A stretch of DNA of 64,000 bases from Ginglymostoma cirratum. Taxonomy: Eukaryota. A program made the translations under genes and the position numbers. The notes under the pieces were generated by a model. It was not told the DNA's origin and ran no database searches. It was given only the letters and a program-made list of their open reading frames with translations. Positions 1 through 12,814 of the stretch are shown piece by piece. Numbering within the stretch: position 1 is the stretch's first letter; every line of letters starts with the position of its first letter. Location: contig JAHRHZ010000025.1 of assembly GCA_024137785.1 (NCBI GenBank), forward strand, positions 22,670,921 to 22,734,920, read 5' to 3'.

Positions 1-246
1 GAAACATGAATTAAGTTACACTATGAGGTCACGTTCAGTTCAGATCGGTTTGCTCTATATTTAATGTTACTTTCTCATGAAAGTGTGTCCAAACCAATTC
101 GATGTACTTTTTCTAATTAAAGTAAGAATGCTTTGAAGCTATGAGGTTGCCTTTCTGTTCTGGTTCTTTTTCTCATTGTAATTATAAACCTCTCCCTTCT
201 TAAAACAAAATATTTTTACTTATCAAGCCCTCATTTCTCTTGGCAG

Positions 247-334
247 ATACCGCGACCCTTAGCAATGAAGAAAGAGGGAATTCAGACCAGGAAACGCAAA
301 CCAAAGAACGTGAACAAAGACAACCCTTCTGCAG
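247..334 (+). CDS. GATA4/5/6-family transcription factor, internal exon encoding the basic region after the C-terminal zinc finger (5' exons are left of the window)
   Basis: cag|ATACCG...GCAG|gtaaac; 88 bp, phase 0 to 1; translates [29 protein letters not shown], matching the (V)PRPLAM(K/R)[13 protein letters not shown] motif of GATA4/6. Length and phase match my recollection of the equivalent human GATA4 exon. Confidence 0.96.
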
Positions 335-591
335 GTAAACAACAGTCTCCAGTATTGATGCTTTAAATATACAATCTCTTAGCTTTTCTGGTAAAGTCTT
401 CTGAGTCATGAAAAGGGATAGGAAGAGCATCAGTGCAATAATGTTAGTATTACATGCCAACCATAGGGAAGGTTTTATTGTGAATCTTTTCCAAAATACC
501 TGTTCCATGTAAGTAGTTCACCACTGCAGATTCTGAAGACAATTGTGAGAGAGACTTTCATAACTATTGTCTTTATTGTCTTTAAAAAAGA

Positions 592-902
592 GGTGCGGCG
601 CAGTGGCTCAGTGCTGCCTCACAGCACCAGGGACCCAGGTTTGATTCTACCCTCGGGCGACTGTCTGTGTGGAGTTTGCAGATTCTCCCTGTGTCTGCAT
701 GGGTTTCCTCCAGGTGCTCCAGTTTCCTCCCACAGTCCAAAAATGTGCAGACCAGGTGGATTGGCCATGCTAAATTGCCCTCAGTGTTCAGGGATGTGTA
801 GCTTAGGTGGGTTATAGGGGGATGGTTCTGGTTAGGATGCTCCTAGGGTCAGTATGGACTTGTTGGGCCAAAGGGCCTGTTTCCACTCTGTAGGGATTCT
901 GT
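592..902 (+). mobile_element. HE1/V-SINE (tRNA-derived SINE)
   Basis: tRNA-like head, V-domain gtttgcagattctccctgtgtctgcatgggtttcctccaggtgctccagtttcctcccacagtcc, and LINE-like tail aagggcctgtttccactctgtagggattct. Confidence 0.9.
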
Positions 903-1967
903 GAACTCATGATCTGAAGATTACAAATAATGAAGAAATATTCAAAGGGAAATAGCAGACACAAGTACAGTTAGTGGACAAGTCAGAGGACACTAACAGA
1001 TTTCTTGTGTTACAGGGATATTTTTCTAAAGATCCATATACTTTTTTCAGAATCTTAAATGTGCTGAAAGCAGTAGTTTGTTTTAAATTTAATGTAAGTT
1101 TTTATGTATCAGTGTTTGAGGGAAAACAAGAAGCACATGCTATTTTCTGATAAGCAGTTTTAGCAAAAAAGGGCACTGTGCACAGATGGGACTATAATGG
1201 GATAACCAGAATGCTGAAGAAATAAGCTTCAAAGACCCATTTTCATATTTTAGAAAGTATTCTTATATTGGTGGGAAATAAACCAAGCCATTCATAAGTA
1301 GAATGATATTTCAGTATAATAACTTATTTATGCTATTACATCCTACAATGGGTATTGTCTTTTTGTCCTGTAGAAATGGAAAGCTGCACTGCTTGATGAT
1401 TTTATGAATGTTGCCAATTTACTTCAACTAGTCTTCTTTCCTAAGATATGCAAAGCCATCAGTAAAATAAATGTCTTATTTCATAATACTCTCTACTCAG
1501 AAAAGATTGTTTGTAATATACACGGCCCCAATGTTTAATATACAAAGCCTAGGGAACCACGAGTAATACTGAATAAGCTCTTAAATATTCCTCATACATT
1601 TATTTATTGCCCTACATTTAGAAGAAAATTGTTAGTTTATGGATGAATATGGATTTTAATAATTTTCCTAATATCCCACAAAACACTTTATAGTAATCTA
1701 AATTTATCAGTTTTAATAATGTGAGCCACCTTCCTCACAGTTTATGAGAATTGAATGTTTTAGGATTTGGCAATCCCAAATCATAAGTGTACAAATGTAT
1801 ATGCATTTGGAGAGAATTATTTTCTCTTTCTAATGTACACAGACTGATTTCAGGTTGTATATTTGAATAAAATCAGTTTCAACATGATTTACTCAGAATA
1901 ACATATTGGGCCACATTCAGGAAATAAATTGAACTTAAATTGAAAATAAATTGAATCCTTAGTTTTC

Positions 1968-2070
1968 ATTTCTGAGGAAAGGTCTTGACTCAAAATGCTC
2001 ATCTGTCTTTTTATATTGCATATGTTGACTGATCTGCTCTTCCTTCCTAGTATTTTTAGTTTTGTTTAGC
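1968..2070 (+). mobile_element. Degenerate Penelope-like terminal fragment
   Basis: tttctgaggaaaggtc...aaaatg...gactgatctgct resembles the better-preserved termini at 37049 and 34922. Confidence 0.4.
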
Positions 2071-2239
2071 TATTTATTTTGTTGGACATGGTAGAGAACT
2101 ATTCTCTTAATTAATACCAGTTAACTGTGTTTTCAGTCTAATAAAGTACTGAACAAACATCATTTCCAAATATTAGACAACCAGTTCACAGAATACATAA
2201 CAATATTTTGCCATAATGATATTTTGGTATACCAAAGCA

Positions 2240-2797
2240 AAATCACCATTGTCCTACCAGACCATAGGGCTGCTTTCTCTTAGATGGAAGTAACTGAAGT
2301 TGGTTTAAGCTGAGGGTCACCACGCCTTAGGTGACAGAAGAGGTCTTTTTTTCATTGGTGGGAAGAAGGCATCACCCACTGGGCCAGCACTTGTTGCCCG
2401 CAGGGCAGTTAAGACTCAACCACATTGCTATGGGTCTGGAGTCACTTGTAGGCCAGACCAGGTCAGGATGGCAATTTCCTTCCCTAAAGGACAGTAGTGA
2501 ACCAGACGGTTTTTTTCAATGAAAGGCAATGGATTCATGGTTATCACTCGGCTCTTAATTCCAGATTTACATTGGAATTACTTCTGCTACAGTGGGATTT
2601 GAAGCCGTGTCCCCAGAAAATTACCTGAGTCTCTGGATTAACAGTCCAGTGATAAGACCGCTAGGTCATCACCTCCCCAGTGATCGAAAAGGAGAGTCCT
2701 TCTTCGTAACCAGAGGTAGTGTGGGAATTGAACCTACACTGTTGAGGTCACTCTGCATTGAAAACCTGCTGTCCAACCAACTGAGTTAACTGACCCT
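2240..2797 (-). mobile_element. Nested tRNA-derived SINEs (inner element about 2345-2680)
   Basis: Inner segment is homologous to 57745-58077 (ttccttccctaaaggaca...gtccagtgataa...ctagg.catcacctccc). The outer element has a tRNA-like head at about 2720-2797. Confidence 0.7.
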
Positions 2798-2966
2798 AAA
2801 ATGACCACTAAAAGCACTGCTCTCTTTCTCAACAATGTTTCTTATGAAAAGCCACTTATCATAAGTCTAACTTATTATTGAATTGCATTTAGTTTAGTTC
2901 CTTCATATTTTGCTTGTGTTATTATGATGCTTATGCACCTCTAATGTTTCTATTTTTGTTGTTAAG

Positions 2967-3091
2967 TACCCTTCTCAAGTGTGCCATCTACCCCTAGTAG
3001 CACTGCTGCTGGAGCTTTAGAACTTATCACACCAAAGACTGAACCAGGCCTTTACTCATCTGCGTGCAGAGTTCAGAAGGTCAGCTCACAG
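2967..3091 (+). CDS. GATA4-like factor, penultimate exon (Ser/Thr-rich, KTEPGL motif)
   Basis: tttttgttgttaag|TACCC...TCACAG|gtaggg; 125 bp, phase 1 to 0, in frame with the previous exon; (V)PFSSVPSTPSSTAAGALELITPKTEPGLYSSACRVQKVSSQ; cf. GATA4 [21 protein letters not shown]. Confidence 0.9.
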
Positions 3092-5714
3092 GTAGGGCCT
3101 GTGAATGGGAAAAGGGATGATCTTGTTGCACTATTCACAAAGAGACAACTAAATCAATACTTTCCATATACAAAATTCTACAACAAACAATTAAGTTCAT
3201 GTAATAAGAATGATGTTTTGGATTCAGCACAGCACTGTTCCAGGTTCCAGATACAGGTCATCATCATATTCAACAAAGGCATCTATCTCAGTAATGGTAC
3301 AATGGATTTCTCATCCAGTAGATGAGGTTAATCTGCCGTACCTAAATGGGGGCTCACATCTGGATCATGTTAAAGTTTTTTTTTCTATGCCTTTTCCTCT
3401 GATATGGGGATCAATCTGTGGTCCATAACAAAACCTGTGTCTGCTCTCGGCTTGTGGGCTGCCTAAACCTGCTATCAGGAGTGTTTCTTGGGGATATTCT
3501 CTGAGTGACTGGGAGACACCCTTAGAGATCCCCATACCTACTCTTGACTTACGAAGGGAGATTGGAAGGCTTGTCATTACTCCCACTTTAGCCCTCCCTG
3601 CCCCAAAGTCAGAGTTCACCAGAGAAGCCTTGAAGCAGCAGAAAAAAAAACCTAGATTTTACCTCACTGTCAGTTCCTGAACAAGGTCCATGCCAGAATT
3701 ATGTTGCACAGTAAGAAGAGTGGAAAATGTATTGCTAAAGTTTTAGGCAAGAAGCATAATTTATTCATCAGCTCCAAATTTTATGGGAATATTTTTGATT
3801 GTTGCTGGTCAGCATGATACTAGAAATAGTATCACAATCTACTGGTTAAAGCATAAAAGGAAATAATTGCACCCAGAGATGAAGGAATGCAAATGATAAA
3901 GTCTCACTACGACTTAGTGATACATGGTTTAGTATACAACGGAGAATTTAGCATGTCAAGTAATTATTGATATTTAGTAGCATAAGGGAGACTTTTCCTT
4001 CAACAGGTTATAGTATTTGCCATGTTTTGGATCACTGTTGATCACAATTGGATCACAATATATCAGTCTATACTCTGATCAGTGTCAGAACACAGAATCC
4101 ATTTTATGCTGACTAATTGAATGTTTGTAATTATTTTTAAATTGTGACTGTAATTTTAAAAGCATGCATTTAATTAAAAATGTTCATTCAAAACCTGTTG
4201 TCTATAAGTTCATGTTCTTATTGAACAGGCTTTAATTTTTAAAAATGTTTTGAAATGTTATTGACCAGATTTTATTTTATCACTGTCACTGCACTGGAAA
4301 AGTAAGGAAATGACTGTTAACACAAGCCCAGCTTCCTCAAAACTCCCTGCTTGAAATCCTTTCATGTTATTAATCTCTTAGTTTGCGCACAACACCCAAA
4401 TAACTTTTGTCAAAGTAATCAGTTATGATTTTGTCGTAACTCTGGAACACCAGCCAGAAAATTATCCCTAAAATGTTCCCTTATTTGACTTTGAAAGTAC
4501 AGTCCATTTAATATATTTCATCACTGCCAAATTTCATCATGAAGAATTCAGCACATTGTAAATACATAACCAAAACCTCAATATTATACTGCTGTGAAAT
4601 ACAGTGCTGAAAGGGATTAGATTTACTGGGCTTCATGTTTACTCAGAGCCAGTTATAGAGGAACTTGTGGAGGTGTAGAGGATATTGAGCTACTAAACCT
4701 AGTTGTAAGGGCTTTGCCTAGTTGTGTGATCTGACCCTAACCGTAACTCTAACCCTACTGAAATTGATGCAAAGATTTACTGGTAGATTTCCACTAAGGG
4801 AACATTGTCCAGCTACCTGCTATGGAGCCAAAACTCAATCACACAGCCATTGTTGGGTACGCCTGATATTGATGGGGTAAGGTGGAGATGGGGAAGGCGA
4901 GTCAGGGGAGGGGTCAGGGAGGGCAGGCCCATTACATTGAAGCTGACACCACATGAATGACTCTGACATCATAGAGGTGGTTGTGAACTTCTAGGGAAGG
5001 GTCTGTCATCATGGATGCTGAATGTTGGGCAATCACGAGGGACATATGGGTGTGGAAATCAACCAATTGCATGGGCCCAATCAAGAGGAGATAAGCTCTT
5101 TGATACAGGGGGAAAGATCCTCGATCCTCTTGGCTCACAAGCAGTGCAACAGAAGTATTTTCCCCATGGATCTGACCTCTCTTCTCTCCTTTAGCCTATC
5201 GGGATTCTTGAGGTCCTGCCTCAAGATATGAATTTAAAATCAGTTTGAATTGAGGCATACAGCTTTCTTTCTAAGATATTTTATTGACAGACTCATCTCC
5301 TGATGGTGTCATGATTGCCTGCCTATAACCCCCTTCTGACCTATGTCCATTAAAACTGGAAGTGAGCAGGTTGGGGTAAAGTTTTGGAGATTTAACATTT
5401 TTAACTTCTGATTCATCTCCAAACATATCTGTCTTTGATGGTTAAAGCTCCCCACTCTGGCCTCAATTTATTAGGAAATTACATGAAAATTAGCTGAATT
5501 CCTCACTTTATATGAGCTCAGATCCTTGAATGTAAAAAAGACATGTCTTGGCAGAATAGTTCTGAAGTTAATAGGATTTGAGATTAGTGCCAGATTTCTT
5601 TCAGACAATTAGTTAATATTATGAGAGACTGATATTGCACACCTAATATAACATAGACTTACCAAATGTTATGTATGCTCTACTTTAACAGCTCCCATAT
5701 CCTTTCCTTCCCAG

Positions 5715-5852
5715 GACACTTCTGTGACAGGTGACAGTAGCCTTCGCTTCAGCATTCCAGCTCTAAAACTGACAAACCCGGGTGAAGCAGCCACAAGTAG
5801 AGATTCCAAGGGAGGCAAACCTTATCCCTGGGGCAGCATGGAACTTGTCTGA
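5715..5852 (+). CDS. GATA4-like factor, last coding exon with TGA stop
   Basis: cctttccttcccag|GACACT...GTC TGA; 138 bp, phase 0; DTSVTGDSSLRFSIPALKLTNPGEAATSRDSKGGKPYPWGSMELV*; cf. GATA4 LSALKLSPQG...KQDSWNSLVLA. Confidence 0.88.
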   Translation, partial: DTSVTGDSSLRFSIPALKLTNPGEAATSRDSKGGKPYPWGSMELV

Positions 5853-6333
5853 CACCGAAGTGACCTCCCGTACAATTCTTCAGAAGCTACACAGATGGAG
5901 TATGCAACTGAGATTCGTTTTATCGGAATGAAAACTGGAAATGATAAAAAGAAGATAAGAGAGTGCCAGGACAAAAAAATCAAATGGAGTGCTGGATCAT
6001 ATTGTGCTATAATTTTTAAAAATTGAGTGTTGCAAAAATGATGTCTTAATGCCAAGGCTGAGCACCACTTAAATTCACTCTAGGTGACCTTGGTGCAATT
6101 CTGATCCAACATTGTTAGTAATTAAGTGCATTTTTTTCTGGACCACCACTTGCTTTATGCCCCTGGCTTTCCACTTGAATATGGATATTTCAGTGTGTAC
6201 TCCCTGGACAGTTGCAGCTATGGAACAGTTTGAACAGACCTTGCCTTGGGTAAAAATACAACAGCATTCATAGAGAAATTATTTTTTTCGTAGTGTAAGT
6301 AGTTCTAGTTCTATATTGATGGCTCAGACTAAT

Positions 6334-6339
6334 AATAAA
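6334..6339 (+). promoter_or_regulatory. Candidate polyadenylation signal for the GATA gene
   Basis: AATAAA about 480 nt after the stop; another AATAAA at 7143-7148. Usage cannot be determined from sequence. Confidence 0.4.
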
Positions 6340-8045
6340 AGCTACTTATTAAATTCAGATTGTCTCTCAGCTATTAGTGTCATGCCTGTCTGTTGGATCA
6401 GTTACAGTTGTGTATAGACTGTCAGTCATCGAGTAATCTTTTAACTGGAAACTATTGCATTCCACTTTCCACGGCCCTTGCAGTATTTACTTTAGAAAGG
6501 ATATGAGAGCATTCATATACCAATGTGACTGGGCTTTCTTCGAAGCTTATTTGTTTACACGTAAGCGTACATGTGCTGAGGTCAGTGTTTATGGGGATGA
6601 AATTGTTAATCCAATCTTTTTCCACTGACATTCACAGAAAAATAACACAAACTCTTTTTGAAGACTTCTCCCCTAGTCACTGTTACTTGGCCTGAAATTT
6701 AAACACTAAGTCCTGGCAGTATTTTCCAAGTCAATGCTAAAGTTATACTTCCACAGTGAAAAATTGCCTATGAGCCCATTGCACACTACTATTGATGAGT
6801 CTAACTCCCTGCTACTTTTCCAAAAATACCCTTTTGCATATTTTCAAGGGAAGAAGGCTTCATTGTTGCTTCCAAACATTTATTATACTGTATATAATTT
6901 TTTTTAATGTCTCTGGAAGTGTAGTATTACCACACAGCTCACCTCTTGACAATATAAGCTGGTGTGATACACCTGATGGTTTTTTCCACATACAGCCTGA
7001 GCCACCTACACAGCCTAGCTGTGAGTAATCTTGTACTGAAGATTTCAGCGACTAACAGCCTGTAAATTTTGAACATTCAATGTGGTCTGAAGTCAGGTCA
7101 TACAAACTGGGTTTGAGTCAACTTCAAGCAACTGTTAAGTTTAATAAAAGTGTGTGAAAATTGAGGGATGGAGGAATTATGTGCCCTCAGTTATAAGCAA
7201 TGAAAAAAGACTGAATCAAACAACAGCAATAATATTTGGTTATAGAAAACTCCACAGACCTGGGAAGTGTGACAGAGTATTGGACACTTCAGGGACGTAA
7301 GGCACACGATACTTCATTCATGACTCTGCCAGTGGTGCTAATACAACTTACCAAGATCAGAAAAATAAAATAGCGTAATATGGAAACAAAGCTGTGGTGT
7401 GGTAATCTAACATACATGGAATGGAAGGTGCACACAATAATACTCTCCCAGGGAGCAAAATAAATTGAGACGAGATTACGTGTGGGGTCACAAGCCATCT
7501 GTATATTTATAACAGAGCTTTATTATCTGAACTATCTTTTTATTCCGGGCAGGTATGTTATAAGCTTCACATAAAAGGCAAGGGAGTGGAGAATTTTGCT
7601 CCTGTTGCATGACTTGGAGATGTTTACAGACTCCTGGCAACACTTTAATGTTCAGTAAAATATTTATTTTTATTCCTTCAATTCCTGAAACCTATAACTA
7701 TCTAAAAAAATGTTAACCCATTATCCAAAAAGTCATGCTATTATTGAAGCATATACAGCACAGATGGAGTATGGTAAAGTTAATCTAAAATCACTATGCA
7801 CGTGAAAGTGATTTAACTTGCTCAATGAAATACCACGTCTAAAACAATTTAGTCATGCGTTAATATGAATTAAAACAAAACTGACAACATTGTTTGTGCT
7901 TTTCATTGAAACAAAATAAACCTTACTGACTTTCATCCATACAATTTTTTGGCGCACTGAAGTTTTCATGTATTTTGCCCCAAATTCTATCAAAGATTTT
8001 AAAATTGCTTCTCCAGTATGTACCCACGTAAGAGTAGAAGGTTTC

Positions 8046-8268
8046 AGAGATAGTAGGAACTGCAGATGCTGGAGAATCTGAGAGAACAAAGTGTAGAGCT
8101 GGATGAACACAGCAGGCCAAGCAGGATCAGAGAAGCAGGAAGGCTGACGTTTCGGGCCTAGACCCTTTTTCAGAAAATGAAGAATGGTCTAGGCCCGAAA
8201 CATCAGCCTTCCTGCTCCTCTGATGCTGCTTGGCCTGCTGTGTTCGTCCAGCTCTACACCTTGTTATC
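8046..8268. mobile_element. Inverted pair of Penelope pseudo-LTR termini (long imperfect palindrome)
   Basis: 8085-8175 is the reverse complement of about 8178-8268 (gagctggatgaacacagcaggccaagcag / ctgcttggcctgctgtgttcgtccagctc); same sequence as the 3' end of the element at 45525-45650. Confidence 0.85.
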
Positions 8269-9584
8269 CTACATTTAGAAGGTAATGGAGTTAAGGGTAC
8301 TGACTACACTAAAGGCAAGTTGCATGCTAGAAGTACATTTAATCACACTGTAGCTTGGCTTAATTTGATAGTGCTGGTGATAGAAAAATTGATGTCAAGA
8401 TCTCACATTAATAAATATTTTTCAAATACAATGACTGGATGGTGTAGCTGATAAATTAATTTTACAGATTTTGCCGTCAGTGTTCATGGTTATTAAGAAG
8501 TATAGCAGACAGCAACTTCTGATATAGGCTTGTGGAAATCAGGTAGTTACTGTTTGATATGTCCTACACTTTACATCTTCAAGGGCTTCATACAGATGAT
8601 GTCTCAACAATCACATATGTGGAAGCGCAGGAAATTGTGAAAATTCCCATGAGATCCCTACAAAACCGATCAGTAAAAAACAGGACTACCATTCCAGAAA
8701 ATAAAATGTTTACCTTTGTGGTAAGTATTAATTACTGTCAAACAACCTCACTGATACCAACAGTTTACTTTTACAAGTGTGGAACTTCATCCTTCAGCTT
8801 TTCATACAGTTGAATATTTAAAACAATTAAAACTTCAAATGAGAAAAGAAAGTGCTGGAGAAACTCAGCAAGTCTGGCAAGATCTGTGGAGAGAGAAACA
8901 CAATTAATGTTTTGAGTACAATTCAAATATGTTTTCATTTATAAGTTTTTGCAGTTTGTTTCATCTTTCTATTAACGTGATCACTATTTCACTTCAAATT
9001 ATTTGACCTCCCGTGTACAATTTGCATTAGATTAAATAATTTAGCTCATATTTCCTGATTTAGAGTCCATGAACTTCAATAATGCTTCTTCACTGAATCG
9101 TTCAGAAGACATACTATTACTTGCACTGCTCATACAGGTTTCAGATCTGTGCAGTGCTTTTTTGACTCTCCAATAACCACATATCGCAATGTACAAGCCG
9201 AAGGAAAGTCTAGAGGCAAATATGAGTGCTTGAATGGCACATACCATTCTTTCACTGCTACCTACAAATTCCAGGCTAGGTAGACAGTGATAGTACTTGC
9301 TGTTGCACAAAGCCAGATGAAGCAAGGTGTTCATAGTTTGATATGTGTCTTCTTAGTTTAGCTCAAGTAACTGCAGAATTATGGAACTCTCAGGCCTGTG
9401 CCAGTTCCCTCTTTCCAACTGGAGCTATCTCACGCAGCCTCTACATTCTTCATCTTCAAATGGAATCAGATATAGGAAGCTGCATTGAACATTAAGCTTC
9501 TCATTGCACAAGGGTAAAATCTGCTAGTGCCTAATCTCCTACAGATGACCTGCTGGAAGTGTGAGTGTGTAGCCATTGAAAGGA

Positions 9585-9700
9585 GGGTTCTTGTGGTGCA
9601 GTGGTAGTGCCCCTACTCTGGGTCAGAAGGTCTCAGTTCAACTCCCACTTGCTCCAGAGGTGTGTTGTAACATCTCTGAACAAATTAATTAAAAAATATT
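9585..9700 (+). mobile_element. Short tRNA-derived SINE (same family at 24087-24500 and 39589-39695)
   Basis: Shared gtggtgcagtggtagtg.ccct...ctccagaggtgtg...aacatctctgaaca. Confidence 0.7.
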
Positions 9701-12700
9701 TAGCAATTGATATGTGTCTCCAACTTCAGCTGAGGCAGCACATTAAGTATAGGGACAGGGCCAGCCTTTGCTGACAGTCTCCCTTTAGCTGAATGCCCAC
9801 TGAATCTAATTGTGATGATTCACGCCTGAAGACTGACCATTTTGAGGAAGGAATTGGATAATATTTGATGCCTTTGCTGAAGCCAAAGCCTTCAGGGAGA
9901 ATTGAAAAGATGAGGATAATTAAATCTTTTGAGAATTAACATAGAAAACACTGAACCAGATTTTTCATTTGCAAAGACAGTGAAGCTTTGTGGTACCTGT
10001 TTATGATCAGTTAAACATGGAAATTCAGAAATTAATCTCAGTGCTTCCCTGGTGCTCCAGTGAGATGATCCTGCAAACAGAAGTCATCAGAAATTTGAAT
10101 TGACAGCAAGTTGCATTGTGAAGTGATTATCTCACTTCCAAAAGTCTCGAAATGTTATGCCTTTTTGAACGAGGTGTAATTATGTTTTTAACTCCACACC
10201 AAGTCCATATTTATTGTTGAGAAACCTCTCTGGTTCTGAAAAAAACCTACATTTATGCTTGTGAAGTGCAAAATTTTGCCATTATGATAAAAAAATCCAA
10301 GTTTAAAAAATGGAAATCTATTTGTTAAAGTTTCTGATATTTCAGTTTTGTTGGTGCTTCAATTTTATTCCATTTTCTGTAAAATGATTAGCTAGAAATG
10401 GATAATCAGTGCTTTTCACTCTTTGATGTGCTGTCTATGAGAATTCTTCAATACCATTAGCCTTTTGAAATCACTGTTGATGAACACGAGAGATTTCCCA
10501 TCACTCCAATGAAGTTGATGGTGGAAAATCCACAGCCTCACAGAGCTGGTAGGTTTCCTTTTGGATTGCTTTTACTGAGCTTTATTTTGGACTCTGCTTT
10601 TTACACTGACCCCAAAATTCAAGCCATCATGTCAAAAAAAGTTACTTACAAATCATGCAATGAAAGAAGCGATTTAATTCTTCCATGAGTTAATACCATA
10701 AAGTAACTTTTTAAACGATGTTAGTTAAAATCAGCAATCAGCAGATACTGTGCAATAAATTATATTTTCACACATAATACAATATTCAGTAATGCGCTGA
10801 TGAGAAAATGATATGATCACTTTGTTGACAAATTCCATCTGATATCTTCTGATCAGAAAGTTTTGTGAACAACTTTTCACACTGTAAGAACACTTTATAA
10901 GGATTTGAGAGACGCTGTGATTACTAATGGAATGTGATTGCCAGACTTTATTCTATATAAATGGAGCCACCAGTGGTTCTCACTATCTCAGTTACTATAT
11001 TTGCACTGGTGATTAAATCCATTGCAGTGTTGATACAATCATGTTTGGACACTGACTGTATCTGAGCAGCAGAAACAGAACACAGGATTTCCCTCTATAG
11101 AGATTGTAGGATCAATAAAAGCCCTGTAATTGTAATGTAATAAGTTGCAGTATATTTGGAGGGCCAACTTTAGGATTTGCTTTATGTTTTTGGTGCCTCT
11201 GCGTAAAGACTTTGTAGGGTCCTACACAAACGGATATACTACAGTTGTTGTCTGTTCACTTGCATTTCATCAGAATGCATTTATTGTATTTAAGTGATCT
11301 TTATAAGATATTTTGAATGGTAAGTCATTGTCACATTTTGTAATGAGTGCAAATCATTCCCACAATGTTGTCTGCTTTGAGCTGCAGCAGACACATTTGA
11401 ACCGGCAAGGTTTTTTGATTAAACAAAAGTTAAATGCTTGATTTAATTAACAACAATTAAACTTTGTTGGTTTAAAAATAAATTTCTCCACTTACACATC
11501 TTAATACATTGTGTACTATATGTGATAACTCCCATGTCCCCCAAAAATGCATCCCATATCCTAGTCTAGGAACAACATCTGAGAAGGTATTGTTTTAAAA
11601 AGTGGTTGATACTCAGTTTGGGATCTGATGGTTACAATAAAATCCAATGTACACCTAAATTGCCAAAGTTGGCACTCGTAAAATAAAAATCTGGCATGTA
11701 CATTCACAGTCTCATTTACTCTTATGTATCTGGGAGGCTATAACTTAATGTTAACGATCAAGTGAATTGTAAATATATTCTTTCTGTATGGACGCAATGT
11801 TGTTATAAATGGCCAGGAAAAAGAGATATTCCCCTTTCAGCTAAGTTAGCTAATTCATGTATTTAAAGTTTCTCCGTTGCCTGTGACAAGATCAATTTCA
11901 GGTTAGTACGCCTTTCACTTTGGGTATTCTACTCAACCAGGCTGTGTTACAGGACTAGCAATCAGATTTCTTTTAATATTTTTAAAATTTTGCAGTAATT
12001 GGATCAGTTTATTGCAGTTGACACTTCCGAGAAACCTCTGCTCAATAAATCTCTAACTCTTACCAGGATTTAGCAGATTCACTGATTATACCAGTTTTTG
12101 ATATTTGTGAAGAACTTCCCATGCATTTGTTCAGTCACTCCAAGGAAAGGCACTGGTGTTATCAGGAAACTGCACAAACACTGGATAATGATGGGACTGC
12201 CTGTCAGTACTGGCGTCTTAAACTTGGATGGTAAAGTCCGAGACTGATGTTTTGTCTCTAACCTTGGAGTTAGTGCATTTCTTTGGCCCTACCTTTACTG
12301 AGGTTCAGAACCTGACAGAACCCAATGAGCCTAAATATTCTTCAATTTTTATGTAAGAAATATTTGGTAAGACCTTTTCCCAAGGCAAGAAATTATTCTT
12401 TTAAATGTTAAGCTATCTACATAATGTTCAGTGCAGTTTAGCATTCCTAAGGGTTAATTTGATATTTGCACTTCTTTTGGAAGGTGTATTTCTACAGACA
12501 ATAGCTCTTGGTAGACACATGATAAAATGCAATAGCGTTTATAGTATAGTAGCTACAAATGTTCTCCAAAATTAGCATTTTCACAGGAAAAGGACAAATA
12601 GCCAACTGGGTTACAAAAATTCAAATATTTTATGACATAGTCAATTGTAAAGTTAACCCATGCATGCTTAATAAAGACTTCATGATAGCATTCAATTTAC

Positions 12701-12814
12701 TAGTGAAAGAATATTACTAGGATTCTAAAGACAGCATGAGTAACTTTGGAAATTGTTTGTACATTTGAGAATCATATACATTCCCTGAAATTTAAAAAAT
12801 AAATAAATTAAATA

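Noticed and set aside
2981-3325. 114-aa ORF as a stand-alone gene
   Set aside because: Only 2967-3091 is exon; the rest is read-through past the gtaggg donor.
4732-4757. Telomere-like ccctaa units
   Set aside because: Only about four degenerate units; not a credible interstitial telomere.
6889-7225. Possible solo LTR (TG...CA with TATA-like and AATAAA)
   Set aside because: No TSD, second LTR or internal domain is visible.
9045-9137. Plus-strand exon-like stretch LIFPDLESMNFNN and the overlapping minus ORF 9041-9334
   Set aside because: Weak splice context, no partner exons and no recognisable family.
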